DNA from: Tubiluchus corallicola
Taxonomy: Eukaryota > Animalia > Priapulida
DNA: 64,000 nt
NCBI GenBank assembly: GCA_030141605.1
Contig: JAQGDQ010000927.1
Location: 15,850 to 79,849 of the forward strand
Reading direction: 5' to 3'
The translations under genes and the position numbers were made by a program. Below are positions 54,623 through 64,000 of the stretch, one piece after another (the first letter of the stretch is position 1; the number at the start of each line of letters is the position of its first letter). A model generated the notes under the pieces. That model ran no database searches. It was not told the origin of the DNA and saw only the letters and a list, made by a program, of their open reading frames with translations.

Positions 54623-55458
54623 TGTGCATCACTTCCCTAGAACTGCAGGTCTCACGAAAATACATCACTTATAATTTATGTTTAAAGGAAAACTGGCCCG
54701 CAGTTCGAAAACACATTGCACAAAAAACAGGTGCTGTACCTCTCGGTTCGTTATATTAGTTTGTGCATCGCTTCCCTAGAACTGCAGGTCTCACGAAAAT
54801 ACATCACTTATAATTAATGTTTAAAGGAAAACTGGTCTGCAGTTCGAAAACACATTGCACAAAAAACAGGTGCTGTACCTCTCGGTTCGTTATATTAGTT
54901 TGTGCATCACTTCCCTAGAACTGCAGGTCTCACGAAAATACATCACTTATAATTTATGTTTAAAGGAAAACTGGCCTGCAGTTTGAAAACACATTACACA
55001 AAAAACAGGTGCTGTACCTCTCGGTTCGTTATATTAGTTTGTGCATCACTTCCCTAGAACTGTGGGTCTCATGAAAATACATCACTTATAATTTATGTTT
55101 AAAGGAAAATTGGCCTGCAGTTCGAAAACACATTGCACAAAAAACAGGTGCTGTACCTCTCGGTTCGTTATATTAGTTTGTGCATCACTTCCCTAGAACT
55201 GCAGGTCTCACGAAAATACATCACTTATAATTTATGTTTAAAGGAAAACTGGCCTGCAGTTCGAAAACACATTGCACAAAAAACAGGTGCTGTACCTCTC
55301 GGTTCGTTATATTAGTTTGTGCATCACTTCCCTAGAACTGCAGGTCTCACGAAAATACATCACTTATAATTTATGTTTAAAGGAAAACTGGCCTGCAGTT
55401 TGAAAACACATTGCACAAAAAGCAGGTGCTGTACCTCTCGGTTCGTTATATTAGTTTG
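54623..55458. repeat. Six-copy 139-bp tandem array containing a Kolobok-like left end plus flank
   Basis: tgtgcatc starts at 54623, 54762, 54901, 55040, 55179, 55318; each unit has ttaaaggaaaactgg. Confidence 0.93.
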
Positions 55459-55814
55459 TAACGAGCTACACACGTTCGACAGCTCATGCGTGAGCACAGC
55501 GGTGAATTTGAAATTTGAATTTTTATCTTATAACTGGCCTAGTTTTAGTACAACGCACTTAATATCTTACAGTAGCACTGTACTTCAATTTTCGCTTTTG
55601 CAAACACGTGCAACACGCCCGTGGAATATTTTTGCTATTGAAAATTACGTTAGTTTGTGACGTCATCACTAGTTTGGCTCGCCCGTCTTTAATTAAGCTT
55701 TTAATCCATTATTTAATTATCAGAAACGCTTTTGCAGTATTAACTGTGTTAAAATGTATACTTTTTACCCTACTTAAAAATCGGGTAGTATATGAAAAAT
55801 CATGCTATCTTCCT
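55381..55814 (+). mobile_element. Kolobok-like family A short variant (434 bp)
   Basis: TTAA|AGGAAAACTGG ... ATCTTCCT|TTAA. Confidence 0.8.
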
Positions 55815-56035
55815 TTAATGTTTTATTATATGATTGTAAGTATAACACAGTAAGTAGCATAATTTGTTCCAGCCAAGATTCAGTAACTTCTGCAACAGAC
55901 CGCGCTGTAAAGTACGCCCCTTAGGCGCTTCCCTTTGAGTGTCTATGTGCAGGTACATACATGAATGTATGTGTGTGTGTGTGTGTGTTATTAATACCTT
56001 CACGTGTATTAATACCCTCACATGTAAGTTACTAA

Positions 56036-56538
56036 AGGAAAACCGGACAGTTGTGCAGACATTAATTCAAAATAAAGTATGCTGTAGAATATTGAAAACT
56101 ACAACAATAATTACCTGGGACAGTTTATTTTTGTTAAACATTCAAAGTTACGCGCGGCTCAGCGAATCCACTAAGACTGGCAATGGCGCCTTTTTCTCAC
56201 ATTCTCATGGCGGTACCGTGATAAGCATGATCGTGAATTGCAGTGTTCGTCTGTGACGTCAGTGTGACGTAGAGCTCATTTTCGTCACATCATTTCAGCG
56301 TCTTATAACAATCTTCGCTTACGCAAACATGCTTCACGTACAGGGAAGATGCCTACCATTGCACAAACTGCGGTTAGTTTGTGACGTAAGCGACAGTTAT
56401 GTTCGGTGCCGTTAGTTAACTTTCCAAGGTAATTATACTAATATAAGAAACAACTGTTGACTTTTATAGGCAACAAAATGAATATTTTGGTCAGTAAATT
56501 AAAATGAGATAGAGTCTAATCAATCGTTCGCTTTTCCC
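56036..56538 (+). mobile_element. Kolobok-like family C copy
   Basis: ctaa|AGGAAAACCGG ... CGCTTTTCCC|TTAA. Confidence 0.78.
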
Positions 56539-57767
56539 TTAAAGATGAACGACAGGCGGTTTCGGTAATAGACTTTGAAAAACATAAAATGAAACCGAAT
56601 GACGTCAGCTATTAGATCTTTCTAATTTATGTGGCTCCATGTTTATCAATTATGCATAGGAGCATGCAATAATGGTCGACGTTTGAAAGTAACCTTCAGT
56701 TTAATAAAAAAATTTAAAGAAAGCAACACCTGTATGCTCGATAAACCTGTTCATGTAGTTATGACTAGACTTCAGGGATGAGAACCACGGAATTTCGAGT
56801 TTTTGGAAGACCAGCAGTGCCATTTTTGTAAATCGTGTAAATTTGTTGAGAAAATTTTTACAGACCCAGTACATTATTTCACAAGCTGACCGCTAGTTGG
56901 CAGGGCGTCACTTTGTTTACATCACGTACATCAATTGTAACCACGTGTATATCTCTATGTATAAAAATATAGAATCAATTGTGCGGAGTTATTTGAGTCA
57001 ATTGCAGACAGTTTTGATATACTTTTGCATGGGAGTGGTCAGTACTTAGGCGTTTTTGAGATAATTAGGTATCATGTATCCTTGATAGTTGGGTATTTTA
57101 AATTATGCATCAAACAAGGTAATTGATATTTTAAGTCCACTTAGAGGCTCTCTATGGTCACAAAATTGCTCCAAGGGGGCTTCTCCCCCTTGAACCCTCA
57201 TGAGGGTTTTGCCCCTCAACCCCATTAGGGGCCTAGGCGGCCTCAAACCCCCGGCCCGTCTCAGAGTTTTTTGTAATTTGTCATTCTTCTCCCTGCTATA
57301 CTTATGATGGAAAATACGCGGCGACATCTATTGCTGTTATTACTGAAACGCTGCTTAACAATGCTACTTCAAATTGCAGATTTTAGGAATTGCATTACTG
57401 TATGAGATAAAAATTCTCAAATATTTACATGAGGACAGTTTCAAAGGCAAGCGGTGAGCTAAGTAATGTTTACTTTGCCCGTAATGTTTGCGTATAATAT
57501 CAAAGCCTGTACGAAGCAAAATACATTCCAAAGCAATGAAAATTCGACTTGTGTTTGAATGTAATGGGTTCCATTGATGAATGATTCAGTAGGTATGGAG
57601 AAAGTACAGCTGTTTTAGCATGGATGACTTCCTTCCCGGAAGCTGCATGGTTTCAAGGATGCTATATATTGGAACAGTAAAATTGTGGAATTTATGAAAA
57701 CTTATGGCAGATTTTTATGAGCGGTTTAAAAACTGAACTGAAAGCTTGATACAGCAAGCGACTTGAC

Positions 57768-57930
57768 ACGACTTAGTAACTCAGGAGAGCGACTTAGTGA
57801 CTCGGGGAAACGAGTTATCAACTCGGAGGAACGACTTAGTAACTCGGAGGAACGACTTAGTAACTCGGGGGAACGACTTAGTAACTCGGGGGAACTGTAG
57901 TAACGCGAGGGAACTCTGGTAACTCGAGTA
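57768..57930. repeat. Minisatellite, 21-bp unit (cgacttagtaactcggaggaa), ~7 copies
   Basis: Direct reading; explains the SRSPELL repeats of ORF 57726-58106. Confidence 0.9.
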
Positions 57931-58884
57931 AATTCTTGTTCCAAACGAGATGTATACACGTATATGGGCATCGAGCGCAGAACGTCAATCATGCGCGATT
58001 GATCGCTAAGTCCACGTGGTGCTTTAGTTTCTAAGCTTCTTTGAAAAACGTCCACTTTAGTATTTTTTTTTATTTTGTAACAGTTTTCAGTGTTATCAAT
58101 AGTCATCCTCGATCGATCGTTCGATCCTCCAGGTCAATAGAACATTCTACACACTTCACACACACTGTAACTACTTCAATTTACAGCCAAACTTTTGCTC
58201 TGTTTATTTGTTATTCCACCTTACCTAGCAGCATGGTGCGCTAGTACTGATTCTTTCCTCTGCCTAGACCTCTTAACAACCATTTTATTTACCGCGCCAG
58301 TACACCCCCCCCCCCCTCCTGGGCAGCCTGGTTTTCGTGTTAGGGGGTGGAGGTGAGCTTTTAAAAAAGCACCTGTGAGCTCACACCATCTGCATTATCG
58401 TGTCAGTAACAAAATAATTTTTGTTTGCTTATATAAAATATCTTTTTCTCTCTCTTCTAACTTTGAACCAGTAACTTTAGACCATCTTCTCGTTCCACCA
58501 ACAGATGGCGTTGACTGTGCGTAATAATTTAACAAGATAAAATGCGTGTGGCGCCATCTAATGTCTATTTGAGAAACAATTGACGTGCAGTATTTTCGAC
58601 TCGTGGGTCGTATAATTCACTTAACTCACCAGTTGTGCGGGATTTAAATGTTTGGGGAGTAAAGAGGCGTATTTTTGGGCGTTTAAATTATTTTATGAGG
58701 CTATAGAAAATTAAACGTTTACGGAATTCTAAAAGTCCGGGACATAAAACTCTTCAACTGTCTATTTTCAAACTGGGCTGTAAATGCTTTACGTTTGAGA
58801 GCATTAGAAAATCGTAAACAGTCAGCTTCCTTCAAGCACAGAAAACTCTCAGCTTCAGCAACATGCTGTTTGATGTTACCTATC

Positions 58885-59675
58885 AATTAATTAAACTTTA
58901 ATACCAAGCTTGAAAGGCAGGAATTGTGAAAAAGCTGAAATGCAGTCTGATTTGAACTAGGGACCTTCTGCTTGCATTGAAGATGCCTTAATCACTAGAC
59001 CACCACGTTCTCAGGGTTCAAGGCAGTCTAAAGTTCGTGCCATGTGATTGGTCAACCAAATTCTGCATTACTTCTTATTAGATCGCTCACGCTGGGGCGA
59101 TTCTAATAAGCCTTTTTACAGTTCGAGTGATTGATGATGACCGTGAAAAGGTCATAGGCTAACTGTACCAGACTGCGCATTTGTGTACACTTGACACAAC
59201 TCAAGATGTTGTAATAGTAAAAGTTTTAAGAGTTAGCTAGTATCTTACCTAGTTCATTTTTTCTTGTTCCCAAGCAAGATCCTGCTAGTAAATCACTCTA
59301 AGCACAGACTAATGCATAATTAAGTAAAGTCCACGTAAAAGAACTGAAGTTATTGAACTGATGCAACAGACGGCTTCGCTTTACCCACATATTTCGCGTG
59401 ACGGTTGTAGTTAAGACGCGTTGCTGTGGTACACTTAGCCTTTGACTTGCAGAATCTGCGCGTGCGCACAACGAAATTGTGAAAAGGTTTATTTAGCAGA
59501 TTATTTTTAGTAGATAAAATACTCAACATATTGAGTGACAAAATTTAGATTGCTTTGACCTTTTGGAGATGCAGTGATCTAATGGTTAAAGCAGCAACAA
59601 TGTAAACAGAGGGTCGTTGGTTCAAATCCGAACTACTTCCTGTCTTTCAAACCTGTTATCAAAATTTTATTAATT
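58885..59675. mobile_element. Composite: inverted tRNA-like arms (58885-59007 minus, ~59570-59675 plus) enclosing a family E MITE (59104-59496)
   Basis: Left aattaattaaactttaataccaagcttgaaaggcaggaa..gatttgaactagggaccttctg aligns to the reverse complement of right cagagggtcgttggttcaaatcc..ttcctgtctttcaaacctgttatcaaaattttattaatt. Confidence 0.65.
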
Positions 59676-59767
59676 ATGGGTTCCTAGCATTACTAATAAT
59701 AAACTTCGACATTAAGGTCTCCTTCAACGACACGCTTTTCTCATCTTTTTCTTCTTTTCTGTTACAG

Positions 59768-60588
59768 GATACGGGCATTCGACGCCCATGACGTTCGGAG
59801 GGAAGTTCTTCTGCATGGGATACGCCCTCGTCGGAATTCCGCTGACTCTTGTGATGTTTCAAGCGATCGGTGAACGTCTGAACACGTTCACAGCGTTCAC
59901 ACTCAAACATATTAAAAAGGGATTAAGAATGAAGACGATAGAAGTGACCGAAATGAATTTGATCATAATCATCTCGATCACGGTTCTCATTGTAATGACG
60001 TCAGGTGCTGCCATATTTGACCATTATGAACACTGGGGATACGTGAATTCTTACTATTACTGTTTTATAACGTTGACTACTATAGGTTTTGGTGATTACG
60101 TGGCGCTACAGCAAGAAGGTGCATTAGACAACCAACCAGAGTACGTTACATTCTGTTTCTTGTTCATCCTCTTCGGTTTGACAGTCGAATCGGCGGCTTT
60201 GAACTTATTAGTGCTTCGTTTCCTCACCATGAACACGGAAGATGAGAAGCGGGAAGAGGCAGAAGCTCAAGCGGCCGCCCAGGTGGCGGTTCGGCTGGAG
60301 GGTGACGTCATTACCGCCAATGGCAGCATTGTTTCCGGGGATCGAATAGATACTAATGATGATTATAGTGACGTTGTGTCCGTGTGTTCGTGCTCTTGCT
60401 ACGGCAGACCTCGACATCGATATAAAGTAACACGTGGCCCTGGAAGAATTTCACATCTACTACCGCTGCAACCGTTAGATCCTACGATAAGAGAAGATCT
60501 CTACAGTACGAACTACGTTGCAGAGGACACAAATTCTATGCTAGGACAAGACAGGCAGTCACCCAATCCAAAGCGAGCATCCATCTGA
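59768..60588 (+). CDS. KCNK9: TASK-subfamily K2P channel, exon 2 (821 nt to stop; full protein 367 aa)
   Basis: (G)YGHSTPMTFGGKFFCMGYALVGIPLTLVMFQAIGERLN...YYCFITLTTIGFGDYVALQ...NLLVLRFLTMNTEDEKR...KRASI*; contains P2 filter GFG, His98, the VLRFLT motif and a 14-3-3-type C-terminus. Confidence 0.97.
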
Positions 60589-60627
60589 TATGCAGGGCGG
60601 TTATTTTCGTACTTTTTATTGTACAGT

Positions 60628-60633
60628 AATAAA
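60628..60633 (+). terminator. Candidate polyadenylation signal AATAAA, 40 nt after the channel stop codon
   Basis: Motif only; AT-rich context makes chance occurrence likely. Confidence 0.3.
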
Positions 60634-60669
60634 TGAATTATTGTAAAAATAGCAAATCTCTCCAATACC

Positions 60670-61039
60670 TGAACCACAGCTTTCTAAACTTGCTCATTTG
60701 TTTCCATTTTATGCAGTTTCAAGTATTCTCTTTCAAAGTCGCCACTTTCCAATTGTAAAGCAATGTAATATCTGAACCACAGCTTTCTAAACTTGCTTAT
60801 TTGTTTCCATTTTATGCAGTTTCAAGTATTCTCTTTCAAAGTCGCCACTTTCCAATTGTAAAGCAATGTAATATCTGAACCACAGCTTTCTAAACTTGCT
60901 TATTTGTTTCCATTTTATGCAGTTTCAAGTATTCTCTTTCAAAGTCGCCACTTTCCAATTGTAAAGCAATGTAATATCTGAACCACAGCTTTCTAAACTT
61001 GCTTATTTGTTTCCATTTTACGCAGTTTCAAGTATTCTC
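60670..61039. repeat. Tandem repeat, 103-bp unit, ~3.6 copies, just 3' of the channel CDS
   Basis: tgaaccacagc starts at 60670, 60773, 60876, 60979. Confidence 0.94.
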
Positions 61040-61468
61040 TTTCGAGGTCGTCACTTTACATGTTATTAACTACTAGCCTATTTGCTCATTGGCTCTTGAA
61101 CTTTTTGGTTTACACAATTATTACACCTAAGCTGTCAGCAATTTCAAGAGGCCAAGATTAATTTGTTGCAAATTTGTAATATATACTCAAAATCTCTTTT
61201 CAAAGCGCTTGAAAATTTCAATCAGTTTTCCTTTTTTTGCTGTAAATCGTGATGCAAAAACATTATTGATTTTGATCTTCTCAGGTATTGAATTAAGAGG
61301 CTCATTTTTAATTACTGTTTCTCGTGCAAATTCTTAGCTTATGCCAGTTTTATTTCCGTACAAGCTAAATACGATTCCTTAACTTAACAATGCATTAGAA
61401 CATATAACTAATGAACGTGTTAAAACATGGCTGCCAGTTTAGGACATCAGTGTAGAAATTATCTTTGA

Positions 61469-61846
61469 TAATAAGCGTTTTCACATTTCCAGTAATTGAT
61501 GATGTGATCGTGAAAAGGTCAAAGGTTAAATGTACCAGACATTGCATTTGCATACACACGACAATGCCTTACAGCCTATGCTATTGTTATAGTAACAGTT
61601 TTTAACAGCTAGCTAGAACCTTACCTTGTTCATTTTTTCTTGTTCCCAAGCAAGATACTGCTAGTAAATCACTCTACGCACAGACTAACGCATAACTAAG
61701 TAAAGTCCACATAAAACGATTGAAGTTACTTAACTGTTATGGCAGACGGCTTTCCTCTACCCACATGTCCCATTATGGCTGCCGTGGTACATTTAACCTT
61801 TGACCTACAGCACGTGCATACAACAAAACTGTAAAAACACTTATTA
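61469..61846 (+). mobile_element. Family E MITE copy with a perfect 22-bp internal inverted repeat
   Basis: taataag...cttatta ends; aggtcaaaggttaaatgtacca (61516-61537) / tggtacatttaacctttgacct (61785-61806). Confidence 0.8.
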
Positions 61847-62959
61847 CCTAGTCTCTGCCCCTGTACTAACTATCAAACTGTTAATTGTATCTAGAGCCTT
61901 GAGATGCTATCAACCCTTATTGGAGAGATCTGTACTAAAAAGATGTATAACGGCCTAAATATAATTTATTTTTGATAACAGCAGTTGCATTATATACTAA
62001 TATACTGACTGTAACTTAGTCTGTCCAGAATGAAATCTTCCAGAACACTTATTAGGGTTATTTTAATTGCACCCCACACAGTTATAATTTACATCGTCTG
62101 TTTGGAAGGTGTGAAGCCAACTCACAGTTTGTAGATGTGAAGCCAATTAACAGTTTGTTACTGGTGTCGAAATTTAACAAGTTTAATTACAATTTTCTTT
62201 AACCTAATTATTTATTTACTTGAATTTTAATTGCAATATATACATTACTTCAAAAATTTGAATGTAGATAGTTTTAGTGTATAAACCTGATTCTCTTTGC
62301 AGCCCCCCTTTTCTCTCTCCCAAACTTCTCTATATTTCAATTACATATTTCGTATATACATTTGTGTATATGGTGCATGCACAATTTTATACACAAGTAC
62401 ACTTATTTAGGTCTTGCCTTATTATACAGGTCATTTCAAGTTACAGTAACTGTAATTTAAGAAGAGTTTTCCCTTATTTTTTAAGGCAATTCAATTGACA
62501 TATCACCAGTATTAAGAGAGAGCAAGACATTTCTGCTGAAATTAATGGATTTGTTGTGTCAGTTGCAGGGGATGTTTTTTTCTCATGTATCCTCCCATCT
62601 TGAAACGGTTTGCTGATTTTGCCTCAAACTTTCTCATAATTTTAAGAAAAATCTCTCTTCTTCATTTAGCTGAGACAGTTTGAGGTCTTCTGCTGTTTAA
62701 GTTTCTTTAAGTACACGGGTTTAGGATTTTGTGTTTGCTTAACGTGTCTTTAAGTACACTATTTGCATAAGTCAGTTATTATGGAAAAGTCACGAATGAG
62801 AAGCGTAACCGTCCCATCCTCTTGCAAGGTAACCGATTATTGAGAATTAAGAGTGTTTAAAGTTAAACTCAATTAAGAGTGTAATTACGGATTGAGCTTA
62901 TATAGTAATTAATTACTGCAATTAAGAATGTGCATTAAAACCACGTGTTGCAAATTGTA

Positions 62960-64000
62960 CATCACACAATCACATTCACATTAACCACATCACAAATCAT
63001 ACATACACATCACACAATTACATTCACATTAACCACACATCACAAATCATACAAATTCATCACACAATCACATTCACATTAACCACATCACAAATCATAC
63101 AAATTCATCACACAATCACATTCACATTAACCACATCACAAGTCATACAAATTCATCACACAATCACATTCACATTAACCGCACATCACAAATCATACAT
63201 ATTCATCACACAATTACATTCACATTAACCACACATCACAAATCATACAAATTCATCACACCATCACATTCACATTAACCACATCACAAATCATACAAAT
63301 TCATCACACAATCACATTCACATTAACCACATCACAAATCATACAAATTCATCACACAATCACATTCACATTAACCGCACATCACAAATCATACATATTC
63401 ATCACACAATTACATTCACATTAACCACACATCACAAATCATACAAATTCATCACACCATCACATTCACATTAACCACATCACAAATCATACAAATTCAT
63501 CACACAATCACATTCACATTAACCACATCACAAGTCATACAAATTCATCACACAATCACATTCACATTAACCGCACATCACAAATCATACATATTCATCA
63601 CACAATTACATTCACATTAACCACACATCACAAATCATACAAATTCATCACACCATCACATTCACATTAACCACATCACAAATCATACAAATTCATCACA
63701 CAATCACATTCACATTAACCACATCACAAGTCATACAAATTCATCACACAATCACATTCACATTAACCGCACATCACAAATCATACATATTCATCACACA
63801 ATCACATTCACATTAACCACACATCACAAATCATACATATTCATCACACAATCACATTCACATTAACCACATCACAAATCATACATATTCATCACACAAT
63901 CACATTCACATTAACCACATCACAAATCATACATATTCATCACACAATCACATTCACATTAACCACACATCACAAACCATACATATTCATCACACAATCA
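62960..64000. repeat. Satellite, 48/50-bp units, G-depleted strand, 196-bp higher-order repeat; runs off the window
   Basis: atcacacaatcacattcacattaaccacatcacaaatcatacaaattc repeated. Confidence 0.96.

Noticed and set aside
59674-59910. Antisense ORF beginning FECERCERVQTFTDRLKHH, resembling a C2H2 zinc finger
   Set aside because: Antisense shadow of conserved TASK codons; spacing is non-canonical and the ORF runs into the intron pyrimidine tract

Overview
AT-rich, intron- and repeat-rich animal genomic DNA, probably an invertebrate. A lophotrochozoan such as a mollusc or annelid is my inference from the channel sequence and repeat families. The window holds one complete two-exon gene on the + strand: a TASK-subfamily two-pore-domain K+ channel (KCNK3/KCNK9-like, 367 aa). 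Exon 1 CDS is 7478-7760, exon 2 CDS is 59768-60588, and a 52,007-bp intron splits the first GYG filter codon. The first two coding exons of a class-3 aldehyde dehydrogenase run off the left edge on the - strand, head-to-head with the channel. The rest is non-coding: many minisatellites (several with higher-order structure), microsatellites, TTAA-flanked Kolobok-like non-autonomous elements, hAT- and Harbinger-type MITEs, tRNA-derived SINE-like pieces and decayed LINE fragments. Almost all other ORFs in the track are repeat shadows. I see no CRISPR array and no novel multi-gene system. The most interesting observations are a glutamate at a pore-lining M4 position of the channel, tandem amplification and swapping of Kolobok-like termini, a nested inverted-repeat element with tRNA-like arms just before exon 2, a TTAGGG array bounded by perfect inverted repeats, and tail-to-tail inverted LINE ends. 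Repeat boundaries were read by eye and are approximate unless stated.
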